A stretch of 64,000 nucleotides of DNA from Octopus sinensis (Eukaryota), in NCBI RefSeq assembly GCF_006345805.1, contig NC_043010.1, positions 40,424,001-40,488,000 of the forward strand. The letters run 5' to 3'. A program made the position numbers and the translations under genes. The notes beneath the pieces are model-generated. The model saw only the letters and a list, made by a program, of their open reading frames with translations, made no database searches and was not told where the DNA came from. This document shows, piece after piece, positions 49,701 to 62,437 of this stretch (within the stretch, counting starts at the first letter, position 1; each line of letters begins with the position of its first letter).

Positions 49701-50102
49701 CTCTTTTACTCTTTTACTTGTTTCAGTCACTTGACTGCGGCCATGCTGGAGCACCGCCTTTAATCGAGCAACTCGACCCCGGGACTTATTCTTTTGTAAG
49801 GCCAGTACTTATTCTATCGGTCTCTTTTGCCGAACTGCTAAGTAACGGGGACATAAACACACCAGCATCGGTTGTCAAGCAATGCTAGGGGGACAAATAC
49901 AGACACACAAACACACACACGCATATATATATATATATACATATATACGACGGGCTTCTTTCGGTTTCCGTCTACCAAATCCACTCATAAGGCTTTGGTC
50001 GGCCCGAGGCTATAGTAGAAGACACTTGCCCAAGGTGACACGCAGTGGGACTGAACCCGGAACCATGTGTAAGTAAACTAGCTACTTACCACACAGCCAC
50101 TC
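49701..50102 (-). mobile_element. CORE-like SINE, near consensus
   Basis: Full head-to-tail match to the 28152 and 56701 copies. Confidence 0.9.
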
Positions 50103-53100
50103 ATATTATATATATCCATGCTTACATGGAATGAGAATTTTGTCATTGTTGTTGATGTCGTCGTTGCTTAACTTCGCGCAAATTCTCAACAAGGTCTCCT
50201 CACCAACCATAGTAAATTTCCAATATGTTACCCTCGCGTCTTGTTATTTCAAGCACACACTATCTAAGAATACATGGTCCAACATGATCTACCGTTTTAA
50301 AAGTCTAAGAATATGACTAGATTCAGATTTGGCTGCTATATTTAGCGGAATGAGTTGTCATTTCGAGAAGCCTTTATTGTCTCATATTTTTACCTGTTGC
50401 TGTCGTCCTTGGAAGCATTTCTCGGTTACACTAGATTGATCAAATCAATGATCATAAGATTTATAGCCTTGATAATTTCCTTTGTTATCAGGGAAAGGAT
50501 ATCTAGCTTATGATTACCCTCGATGCTTTCTTTTATAAGTGGATATTTGTGATTGAAGAGAGATTGTGCAACCGTAGCTAGTAGAAAACGCGTTAACTTC
50601 AATATATGTAGGTGCCATGATGGAATGAAAAATGCCGACTGTTGTATCAAGGATGATAATCGAGATATATTTAAGTGTACTGTCAACTTGGTTGTATATT
50701 GTTAACGGAGGTAATGTATATCCATTGATATAATGTCAGAGCTCAGGAAAGCCAAGATGTTTTCTTTATCATATCAACTAGATTTATTTCAACAACCACT
50801 TTCCGTTTGAATTATTTATTGCTAGCTCAAAACCACTCAAGTTCTTCCGATTCGGGATTTTAATATATCTACCTAGTGGATTCTGAAAAAGCGAAAGATA
50901 TATGTCTTTGCCATAGATATATCTTAGAGAAAGTAGCGGAAATGGATATGAGATTTAATGTTTGAATCTTGGGATTTTAAAAATAACATCTCGAGTAGTT
51001 TAATTTAAGTTACCACTAGTCAAAATGCAATACAATTCGATCACAAAAATCAAGGACAGATACGCAGAGATAAGCTTACACATTTGTGTAACATATGTTT
51101 AATTACAAGCCAACGAAGTGCAGGGCCTTTTAACCGAATTTCAATCAAAACAAATTGGCAGTTTATATATCAACATTGACCCTGGCAATATTTTTAAATC
51201 ACCTTGTAAAGCATGAAACAGTGCAATTATCTATACACAAAATGGCCGCACAATCCACTGGAAATAGTTGTCAAACCGCTTTCATTTCCTGCCCATCTTC
51301 GAAACATATACATTTGGTGTTCATAGATAATTTTAGGGTAATTATATTCTTAATGTATACAAATGAATAATGTATTCAGCATAAGTATCTAAATTTTAGT
51401 TAGGAATATTTCCCTAAGAATGTGTGTTCTGTCTAGAAGCGAGAAACGTAGGCAACAAATCAAATTACTATTATAATGCAGCATTCTCAAAGAGTGGTTA
51501 TGAAAAGAAAACAAAACCGAATCTGAGAAAGATTAGTCACTTTTGTACAACGAATTTCTCCCATCTCCATCAAAATACCCTAAAACTCTAAACTCCTAGA
51601 TAATCCTTTCTCCAATCAAGACAGACATTCGAAATATTTAAAACATACACGGTTAAATTGTCATATTCAGGTACACACAATTTCACAAAATCTATTAGTT
51701 CTTCAAACCGAACAAGAAATAACTAGCTACCCTAATAGCACTAGTCATTTACATTATTGCAACGTAACTAGTGAGAACCTCAAAAAGCAAAGCATATCCA
51801 AAAAGAAAACAAAATTCCCTCACAGCTAGTGAGCACCAATTCATGTCCCGGTGAGCTTTTCTAAAAATTCCATTTGTCCATTACTCTAGATTAATCACTT
51901 CCACAGATAAAAATATAACGTTGAGCTGTGCTAGTTTTGAATTCAGAGCTTCAATGATCCGGAAGAAATTATTCGAGGAATTTTTTCCTGACTCTCAAAC
52001 GTACCGCCTATCCAACACTATCCTTTCACTTTGATACATCTTTATTCAACCTATTTATGCAAGCGCATGCACACACAAACAGGCTCACACACACAGACAC
52101 ACACACACACAGACACACACACACACACACATTACATATATACACGTCTACATATGTATATATATATATATATGTGTGTGGTTATGTTAGTCTCTTTATA
52201 TATAAATGCACACACATGCAAGAGGGTATGCACATATATTTATATATTCATGTGTGTGTGTATTTGTGTGTGTGTATTTGTGTGTGTGTGTGTATGTGTG
52301 TGTGTGTGTGTTTTCCTGTGCATATCGTACTAATGCAATTTTATTTTCAATTAGTAATGAAAACAGACAAAAAGTAACGTAATGATGATAAACAAACTTT
52401 CAAAGAAGCAATGACCTTGAAATTAAAACAGAACATTAAAAAATAATTGAATTCAAATGTATGTAAATAAGTGTAAACACAACTAGGAATCTTTCTGGTT
52501 TTATGTATTTAAAATTGTTATTACCCAGGGGAGATTCTTAATGTGAGCTATTTCAGATATCTGTACGATTGTTGTGAAAGAGGCTGTGAAAAATGAATAA
52601 AAATAAAACGAGAACAATAACACAAATTGAAGGAGTTCTATTTTCGTAGTGTGAATTTTATGTTCAAGAATGTAACAAGAGGGTATGAAGAAACAAAAAA
52701 GGAAATTTAAACTTCGAGAATTTTAAGCTGTCGATATGTAGGTGTGCGTGATTGTGTGTGATTGTGTGTGGGTGTGTGTGTGTGTGTGCGTATGTAGGAG
52801 TAGGATCTTTGTGTATTCATATAGGTGTGGATGTATGGATGGATGTATTTATGTCTTTGCGTCTTTGGGCTTGTGCGCATGTATGCATGCTTTTGTATAT
52901 ATTTGTGTAGGTATGTATTTATGTGTGCCTCTGGCCGTTTATATATTACCTTATTTATGTTTATATACATACTTACATACATATATATATATATACATAT
53001 ATATATGTATATATACTATATATAATACATATATTTATATGTATATATATATGCATATATTTATATAGGTATATATATATGTATATACATATATATATAA

Positions 53101-53794
53101 TATACATATACATATATATATATATATATATAAGTACATATACATATATATATAATATATATACATATATATATAAGTACATATATATACATATATACTC
53201 ACTCTTTGTATATATATATATATACATATATATATTTAATATATACATACATATATATATATATCATACATATATATATATATATATAATAGATAGATAG
53301 ATAGAGAGATAGATACACACATTTGCGTGTGTGTATGTATATGGTATTTTTTAGCAAACATGTGATTTTTGTTCATACATTAAACATCATTCCCTCTGAA
53401 ATCATTACCATGAATTAAGAAACATTGGAACTTGTCGATTAATATAATATATAAATGAAATACGTAGGATTACTGTGACAGTTATAAGTTACTAATGGCG
53501 GAAGAAGAAAACATATACATGCTACGTAGCACCTTTAGATGTTCAGGTATTTGATGAATAACATTATACAATGCTTTAGTAAATTTGTGTATTATCATCC
53601 TAAAGCCTCATCATTGCTTTCCACAAATTATACGTTTAAATTGATTTATTCATCAACAAACACACTCCTGAAACAACTGTATTGAACCTCATCCCAATAG
53701 TGTTATGATATATATAATATATATATATATATATTATATATATGTACTTTATATCTGCATTTATTATATGTATATATGTATATGTAAGTATGTG

Positions 53795-53834
<40 letters not shown>

Positions 53835-53890
53835 ATAATAATTTCAGGGAATATTATTCCTAACTTACAGGGAAAAATTCAAATTAGAAA
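53835..53890. mobile_element. Remnant related to the right flank of the 8472-8997 element, within (TA)n
   Basis: agggaatattattcctaacttacagggaaaaattcaaattag versus the reverse complement of 8940-8997 (agggaataaatccaaacttacagggaaaaatcagatttag). Confidence 0.55.
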
Positions 53891-53947
53891 TACTAAATAT
53901 ATTTACACACACACACAACACACATATATCATATATATATAATATAT

Positions 53948-54012
<65 letters not shown>

Positions 54013-54201
54013 AATAATTAGGGTTCAGCAAAAACTGCTTTACCACATACCGAAGTTTAGAAATAGCAGCCAAAAACTTTAGCTATTTCTCTACTTTAAA
54101 AAGGGACTCCCAGAGAACCAAAATACTTGAAAACGATCCACACAGCAGAGAGGAAGATTATTGATTACTTCTTAATTAATTAATTTTACCTTTTGTTATT
54201 G

Positions 54202-54244
<43 letters not shown>

Positions 54245-55658
54245 ACATTTATATGTATATATATATATGTATATATTTATTTATGTTTATATGTATATAT
54301 TATATATATATATATATGTGTGTATATATATTTATATGTATATACATATATATATATGTGTGTATATAAATATATATATGTACATACATACATATATGTG
54401 TGTATGTATGTATATATATATATATATACATATAAAGGACGTATACATACATATGCACGGGGGTGCATATATACATATATATATATTAATGGTCTTATTG
54501 TCAAAGGCTTCGATGTTTCTATGGGCGAGGGTCTTATTATCTGTAACAATTCAAATATAGTAGAACTTTTGAAGTTACATCTGAAAACACACATCTAGAT
54601 ATTATATATAATCTAAATAATATATATATAATATATATAATTTAAATTATAGATAATTTAAATACCTACACAGAGACACATATACATATACACATACATA
54701 TAGACATATACATATATGTTGATTTGCATGATTATATAAATGCAATTATATGTGTATGTCTACGTAAATATAGATATATCTGCCTGTAGGTTTGTATTAA
54801 TGTCATATGAAATTGTCATTAAATAAATAATGTTTCAAAATAAATACCTCTTCGGGGAAATAAAAATTATATTCTAAAATAGACATAAAAGAATGATTGT
54901 TAATTTTAAACTCGATTGTTTTTAAATTGTTTCTAATATAAGTTGCATGGAAAGAAAGCCGCAGGTGCACAAATAAATTTTTCTATTATTGTGAGTTGTA
55001 TACAGATCCACTATAACTACTACTATGATGGACCCACAACGGTACCAGCTGTGAGAAACCTGCATACAACTATATTACGATTGTCTAATGCTGAAACAAA
55101 TTTTGAAGGTCTGATTAGTCGGTATGTATGTATATGTGTCGCGAATATACCTACCTGCAGTGTGCTTATGCTACATAAACATGAAAAACTACTTACCTTA
55201 TTAATAACATGCCACAATAATCTAAACCCGAAAACAAACTACGTAATTTAAGTAAATATATAAATGTGATTGTTAAACAGAAAGTTGCAAAGTTCAGGAC
55301 TCTAACTGATGCATTAAACATACTAGTATTAGCTGTCTTGGGTGCTCTCCATACACTAATAATATGGAGCCTGTTGCAAAATATTATTCTACACACCACA
55401 AAATACTATTAAGTAGGAAACTACTAGAAACGACCAATTTACGTTATAAATTTATTACAAAAACGGAAGATTAATTATAGAAGTTATATACCTGACGATA
55501 TACAATGAAAACATCAAAGCAATCACATGAAAAATGTTAAACTTGCCTACTGACATAAAAAACCTAAACATGAAAATCTTAACCATCACAAATAAATCAA
55601 CACGTGCAGTGACGAATGGGGTCTAAAAATATTGTTTGTTAGGAGACTAAGAGGGCAC

Positions 55659-55738
55659 ACCCGCTACTACAAGGGAGCCTCCTCTCAACTACAAGGGGGC
55701 CTACCCGCAACTATAAGGAGGTCTACCCGCAACTACAA
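55659..55738. repeat. Imperfect 22-bp minisatellite (acccgcaactacaagggggcct) about 3.7 copies
   Basis: Read directly. Confidence 0.8.
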
Positions 55739-56369
55739 TGCTATCATTTATTTTTATATTTAATTTATTTATTTATTTATTTATTTATTGCTAAAACTAT
55801 TCTTTTCAACTGTCTACAAACAACCAGGTTGAAATAATTAATGCATTCTTCCAGGAGTGAATAAAAACTTCTCAAACTGGAGAAGACATACTAAAATGAG
55901 CCCACATATATGGCTTCTAATGGCTCAGGGGTTCACTTGCCATCGGGCAAGCTGTCAACTTGTCTAGTCCGCCATTGAACACATGATTGTTGAGGTACGG
56001 TGCTAACCAAAAACCCGTTGGCAAGAATGTTCACATGAATTCAGGGAGTTTATAAGAAACAACACAATTATTTCGTTTTGGGATTTGGTTTTCAAGATTC
56101 TTTATTTGAGTTCGTGTGTTGTAGCATATTCTGTTGTGTCTGGGGAGAGTCATTTTCTTTTGGTGCCTTATGATTTAACACACACACCGGTAAAATTTCC
56201 ACTTATTTCTTTAAAAAGAAAAAATAAGGAGTCAGTAAAAATCTGGTAACGTTAAACATGAATCTTGGAACTTTATTGTTCCTTTCCAACTGCAAACCAC
56301 TAAGTAGATAGGAAAACTTTAATGTAATAGAGATAAATATCGAATGCAGGGGTGTAATGAAAGGAACTT

Positions 56370-56698
56370 ATGTGTGTGTGAACGTATGTGTATGCTTGTG
56401 CGAACATATGCGTATCTGTGTGTGTGAGTGTATGTGTATGTATGTGTGAACATATGTGTATGTGTGAACATATGTGTATGTGTGTGTGAGCTTATGTGTA
56501 TGTTTGTGTGAACATATGTGTATCTATGTGTGAACGTATGTGTATGTGTGTGTGATGTGTTATCATATGTGTATGTATGTGTGAGCGCATGTGCATGTAT
56601 GTGAGAATGTATGTGTGTGTGAACGTGCGTGTATGTAATTGTGAGTCTCTTTGTACATATGTGTGAACGTATGTGTATGTGTATGTTTGTGTGAGCAT
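56370..56698. repeat. Degenerate (TG)-derived higher-order repeat (tgtgtgaacatatgtgta-like units)
   Basis: Recurring gaacatatg/gaacgtatg motifs within TG runs. Confidence 0.7.
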
Positions 56699-56700
56699 AT

Positions 56701-57101
56701 ACTCTTTTACTCTTTACTCTTTTACTTGTTTCAGTCATTTGACTGCGGCCATGCTAGAGCACCGCCTTTAGTCGAGCAAATCGACCCCGGGACTTATTCT
56801 TTGTAAGCCCAGTACTTATTCAATCGGTCACTTTTTGCGGAACCGCTAAGTGACGGGGACGTAAGCACACCAGCATCGGTTGTCAAGCAATGCTAGGGGT
56901 ACAAACACAGACACACAAACACACACACATACATACACGACAGGCTTCTTTCAGTTTCCGTCTACCAAATCCACTCACAAGACATTGGTCGGCCCGGGGC
57001 TATAGCAGAAGACACTTGCCCAAGATGCCACGCAGTGGGACTGAACCCAGAACCAAGGGGTTGGTTAGCAAGCTACTTACCACACAGCCACTCCTTCGCC
57101 T
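56701..57101 (-). mobile_element. CORE-like SINE
   Basis: Family match; (agagtaa)n tail at 56701-56725. Confidence 0.9.
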
Positions 57102-57398
57102 ATGTGTACAATTCTTTGTCGTAAATTATTTTGGATGCGTGTTTAGATTATTCTTTTTGTGTCAATGAGGATTAAATTCATTCGACCTTGAAATTTGTTT
57201 TGTTTAAGTATTCATTTCTAAATTGTGATAGAGAGAAACGGGGGCGAGAGAGAGACAGACACACAAACGGACAAGGAGCTGATTGATGGAGCTGAAGAGT
57301 ATCACCGGCACTTCTCACTTCATTTCCATGGTCGTTTCATTCAGCTTCCAGTGAAACTGTGTCTCTATGTTAGTTATCCTCTAACATATCGATCGGCC

Positions 57399-57996
57399 AA
57401 GGCGGCGAGCTGGCAGAAACGTTAGCACGCCGGGCGAAATGCGTAGCCGTATTTCGTCTGGCATTACGTTCTGAGTTCAAATTCCGCCGAGGTCGACATT
57501 ACCTTTCATCCTTTCGGGGTTGATAAATTAAGTACCAGTTACGTACTGGAGTCGATATAATCGACTTAATTCGTTTGTCTGTCCTTGTTTGTCCTCTCTG
57601 TGTTTAGCCCCTTGTGGGTAGTAAAGAAATAGGTATTTCGTCTATCGTTACGTTCTGAGTTCAAATTCCGCCGAGGTCGACTATGCCTTTCATCCCTTCG
57701 GGGTCGATAAATTAAGTACTAGTTACGTACTGGGGTCGATATAATCGACGTAATCTCTTTGTCTTGTCCCCTCTATTTTTAGCCCCTTGTGGACAATAAA
57801 GAAATAAGAAACGTTAGCACGCCGGGCGAAATGCTTAGTAATATTTCGTCTGTTTTTACGTTCAAATTCTGCCCAGGTCGACTATGCTTTCATCCTTTCG
57901 GGGATGATAAATTAAAGTATCAGTTGCATACATGGGTCAATCTTTTGACTGGCCCCCTCCCCCAAAATTTCGGGCCTTCTGCCTAGAGTAGCAAAG
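57399..57996 (+). mobile_element. Meta-like SINE trimer
   Basis: Junctions aaagaaata|ggtatttcgtc (57631/2) and aaagaaata|agaaacgttagc (57806/7). Confidence 0.88.
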
Positions 57997-58543
57997 AACA
58001 TATAGATCGGCCGTTACTATTCTCCTTACTACCCTTCTATAATGTAAATAGAGTTTTACCCTTAATAATATATTCTGCTCTATATAAGAATTTCTACATT
58101 CCATCAATTACAAGGCGAGTTAACCGAACTCCGGTGAATCTCTTATAAATGCAACTGAATCCATACATTCGATATATCCAGCAGCTGAAAACCTTGTGGT
58201 GTATAAAAATCTTGGATGCTCACGGGCAACACTACATATGTTTATAAATACTTCTTATACATACGTGTGTGCGTGTATGTTTGTGTAGAGTTTTCGATTA
58301 CACTGTGTATTTAAATCTATGTTATACGCGCAATCTCGGCTAAAAGCTAACATTTACGCAACAGAACATTATACAGCATCCAAAAGCAAGCTGCTTAGTA
58401 AATAAATATACGTAAACACACACGTAGACACACATATACATATCCAGAGAGAAACAGAGAGAGAGAGAGAGAGAGAGAAAGAGGTAGAAAGAGGGAGAGA
58501 GAGGGAAAGGGAGAGACATGTATCTACGAATCGAATTGTACAC

Positions 58544-58544
<1 letters not shown>

Positions 58545-58597
<53 letters not shown>

Positions 58598-58606
58598 GGA
58601 TGGATG

Positions 58607-58641
<35 letters not shown>

Positions 58642-58753
58642 GGATGGATGGATGGATGGATGGATGGATGGATGGATGGATGGATGGATGGATGGATGGA
58701 TGGATGGATGGATGGATAGAGAGATAGATTGATGGATGGGTAGAGAGAGAGAG

Positions 58754-58788
<35 letters not shown>

Positions 58789-58824
58789 GGGATAGATAGA
58801 TAGATAGGTAGGTAGGTAGGTAGG

Positions 58825-58865
<41 letters not shown>
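58545..58865. repeat. Compound (AGAT)n(GGAT)n(AGGT)n microsatellite
   Basis: Read directly. Confidence 0.95.
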
Positions 58866-59107
58866 TGAAACTCTTACCCCTGTATTCATTCGTCTATATA
58901 TTTTCCATCAATAGTTCCCTCCAGGAATTATATACATAGGAAATAAGAAATATAAGATTTTATAAAACAGTAGAATTTTTTTTAATCTATTAAACTTTTT
59001 CATTGATTTTTTGCTTACTTATATCTACAAATGTATTTGTATATATGTGGATGTATATGTTCACCTATGAGTGCATTTGCCTGTGTGAAAATGTATATTT
59101 ATATATG

Positions 59108-59146
<39 letters not shown>

Positions 59147-59238
59147 ATGATTTAATGTATGTGTGCTCTGCGTATGGGTTTTCATTGCTAGATACTTGTT
59201 TCGTTCGCTTTATTATCGTTCTGTCTGTTGTATGCATA

Positions 59239-59299
<61 letters not shown>

Positions 59300-59304
<5 letters not shown>

Positions 59305-61310
59305 TATGCATATACATACATATGAATGCATATATATACGTATATCTATATGGATATTTATGTATATAGAAAGAGACAGAGAGGTTTTTCTGCACTTTAA
59401 TCTTTGCCTAAAGCCCTTTACACATATGATTTTTAATTGTAAAGCTAAATATTGCAAGTTACAAGAATTCAGGTCGTTGCTTTGTACTCTTACATTGTGT
59501 TTCATATTTCATTCTTAGGACCTTTTGTTCAGGAACCTTTGGAGAAATATTGTTTCTGACTTCTCTGCTGTATAGATTATGGGCGTAAATATCTGTATAT
59601 CTGCACGAAATTTTCCAGTTATAATCTACATTTTCCAGGGAGAAAGCCTTTTTGTGTGTGTGTGAGTAATCGATAATATCAATACGAGCAGTTGAATGAT
59701 ACTTAGTTTCTTGGCCCTGAAAGGATGCAAGGCAAAGTGGACCATGATGGAATTTGAACTCATAACATAAAAAGCCGCAATATATGCTGCTAAGCATTTT
59801 TTGACTAGCACAAAAACGATCCCAGTGAGCTCCCCGCATTTACAGTTCCTACATAATGCATTGGACATTAATGTAATTGAGTATCTCGGTCGAAGGAACT
59901 TGAGAGCTAGTAACAGAATTTTGAAGTTACAATCTATAAACTAATGCAGTCAAGATATAAATACTTCGCACACAGGGGAAACAGCGCCTGATTGAAAGAG
60001 AGATTCACTACGTAAATGATAACAACTCTGTATATATAAATACGTAGAACCGTGCAAAGTGAAAATTATTGGTGGATCAGGAGAGAAAGAAAAGAATATT
60101 ATGTGTGTGTGCGTGTGAGTATATGTGCGCGCGCATGCGTGTATACATATCTCTTTTACTCTTTTACTCTTTCACTTGTTTCAGTCGTTTGACTGTGGCC
60201 ATGTTGGAGCACCGCATTTAGCCGAGCAAATCGACCCCAGGATTTATTCTTTGTAAGCCTACACATACATAACATATACACACACATACACATATATATA
60301 TATACATGCATATGCATATACATACATATGAATGCATATATATACGTATATCTATATGGATATTTATGTATATAGAAAGAGACAGAGAGGTTTTTCTGCA
60401 CTTTAATCTTTGCCTAAAGCCCTTTACACATATGATTTTTAATTGTAAAGCTAAATATTGCAAGTTACAAGAATTCAGGTCGTTGCTTTGTACTCTTACA
60501 TTGTGTTTCATATTTCATTCTTAGGACCTTTTGTTCAGGAACCTTTGGAGAAATATTGTTTCTGACTTCTCTGCTGTATAGATTATGGGCGTAAATATCT
60601 GTATATCTGCACGAAATTTTCCAGTTATAATCTACATTTTCCAGGGAGAAAGCCTTTTTGTGTGTGTGTGAGTAATCGATAATATCAATACGAGCAGTTG
60701 AATGATACTTAGTTTCTTGGCCCTGAAAGGATGCAAGGCAAAGTGGACCATGATGGAATTTGAACTCATAACATAAAAAGCCGCAATATATGCTGCTAAG
60801 CATTTTTTGACTAGCACAAAAACGATCCCAGTGAGCTCCCCGCATTTACAGTTCCTACATAATGCATTGGACATTAATGTAATTGAGTATCTCGGTCGAA
60901 GGAACTTGAGAGCTAGTAACAGAATTTTGAAGTTACAATCTATAAACTAATGCAGTCAAGATATAAATACTTCGCACACAGGGGAAACAGCGCCTGATTG
61001 AAAGAGAGATTCACTACGTAAATGATAACAACTCTGTATATATAAATACGTAGAACCGTGCAAAGTGAAAATTATTGGTGGATCAGGAGAGAAAGAAAAG
61101 AATATTATGTGTGTGTGCGTGTGAGTATATGTGCGCGCGCATGCGTGTATACATATCTCTTTTACTCTTTTACTCTTTCACTTGTTTCAGTCGTTTGACT
61201 GTGGCCATGTTGGAGCACCGCATTTAGCCGAGCAAATCGACCCCAGGATTTATTCTTTGTAAGCCTACACATACATAACATATACACACACATACACATA
61301 TATATATATA
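59300..61310. repeat. Direct tandem duplication, 1006-bp unit (59300-60304 and 60306-61310)
   Basis: Constant 1006 offset at both ends; identical track ORFs (59459/60465, 59626/60632); no differences noticed by eye. Confidence 0.95.
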
Positions 61311-61319
61311 TATATACAA

Positions 61320-61710
61320 CGGGCTTCTTTCAGTTTCCGTCTACCAAATCCACTCACAAGGCATTGATCGGCCCGCCGCTATAGTAGAAGACACTTGCTC
61401 AAGGTGCTACGCAGTGGGATTGAACCCGGAACCATGTGGATCGTAAGCAAGCTACTTACCACACAGCCACTCCTACGCTTATGTGTGTATGTGTGTTAAC
61501 AATGAATTACAGTCTAAACTGGTTTCTAATTTTTAAGCAAGGCCAGCAAGTTCGGGGGAGAAGATAAGTCGATTATACCGACCCCAATGCATAACTGGTA
61601 CTTATTTTATCCACCCCTAAAGGATGAAAAGCAAAGTCGGCCTCAGAGGAATTTGAATTCGGAATGTAAAGATGGACGAAATGCCGCTGAGCATTTAACT
61701 CGCCGTGGTG
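61320..61710 (-). mobile_element. CORE-like SINE head (about 61320-61480) and Meta-like SINE (about 61520-61710)
   Basis: Family motifs gggcttctttcagtttccgtctacc and ataactggtacttattttatcc...aaggatgaaaagcaaagtcgg. Confidence 0.75.
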
Positions 61711-61923
61711 AACTTCAATCGAAACTACCAACAGTAAAATAGAAAGTTTAAATAAAGTAAAGCCAGCAGGAAACGAGCAAAGGATAATGTATTTCCAAAA
61801 TGTAATACAATAAGAATAATGACTGAAGAGCCCCAGCGTTCCACGACTCAAATGTAAGAAAGAGAGCGACATATTCAAAATGACACAACAACTCTGGAAT
61901 CAGCTCTCATTAGAATTACATGT

Positions 61924-62365
61924 TGTTTGTTCCTTCTGAAGCCATGCCTGACTCATAAGGGTCGGTTTCGCTCATAAACACACACATCGCCCGGTCTGAG
62001 ATTCAAACCCGCGATCCCTCGAATGCGAGTCCGCTGCTCTAACCACTAGGCCATGTTTCTCCAAATTTTCCTTCTCGGGCCATGCCAGGCTCATAGGGGC
62101 CGGTTTCCCGGTTTTAGTGGCGTAGAAATTCCCTACCTGGACGGGAAGCCGGTCCGCCGCAGGTGAGCTGCAAGATGCAGGAGGAAAGAGTGAGAGAAAG
62201 TTGTAGTGAAAGAATCAGCAGAAGTTCGCCATTGCCTTCTGCCGGAGCCGCGTGGAGCTTAGGAGTTTCGCACCCAAACACGCACACATCGCCCGGTCTG
62301 AGATTCGAACGCACGATGTCTCAACCGAGAGTCCGCTATGTAACCACTGGGCCATGTGCCTCCAC
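61924..62365 (-). mobile_element. tRNA SINE dimer (full copy 62070-62365 plus internally deleted copy 61924-62062) inside one 12-bp TSD
   Basis: agaattacatgt at 61912-61923 and 62366-62377. Confidence 0.8.
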
Positions 62366-62437
62366 AGAATTACATGTACAAACACATATTACGTATACAC
62401 GCATATACGTGTGTATACATATGTGTGCGCGTGTGTA

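Noticed and set aside
1369-60524. Dozens of track ORFs rich in YI, HT, CV, LL, II or SIYL repeats
   Set aside because: These are translations of (TA)n, (CA)n, (ATT)n and (AGAT)n microsatellites.
59459-60845. Duplicated 126-aa ORFs (59459-59839 and 60465-60845) as a gene pair
   Set aside because: They read through a decayed Meta-like SINE and exist twice only because of the 1006-bp duplication.
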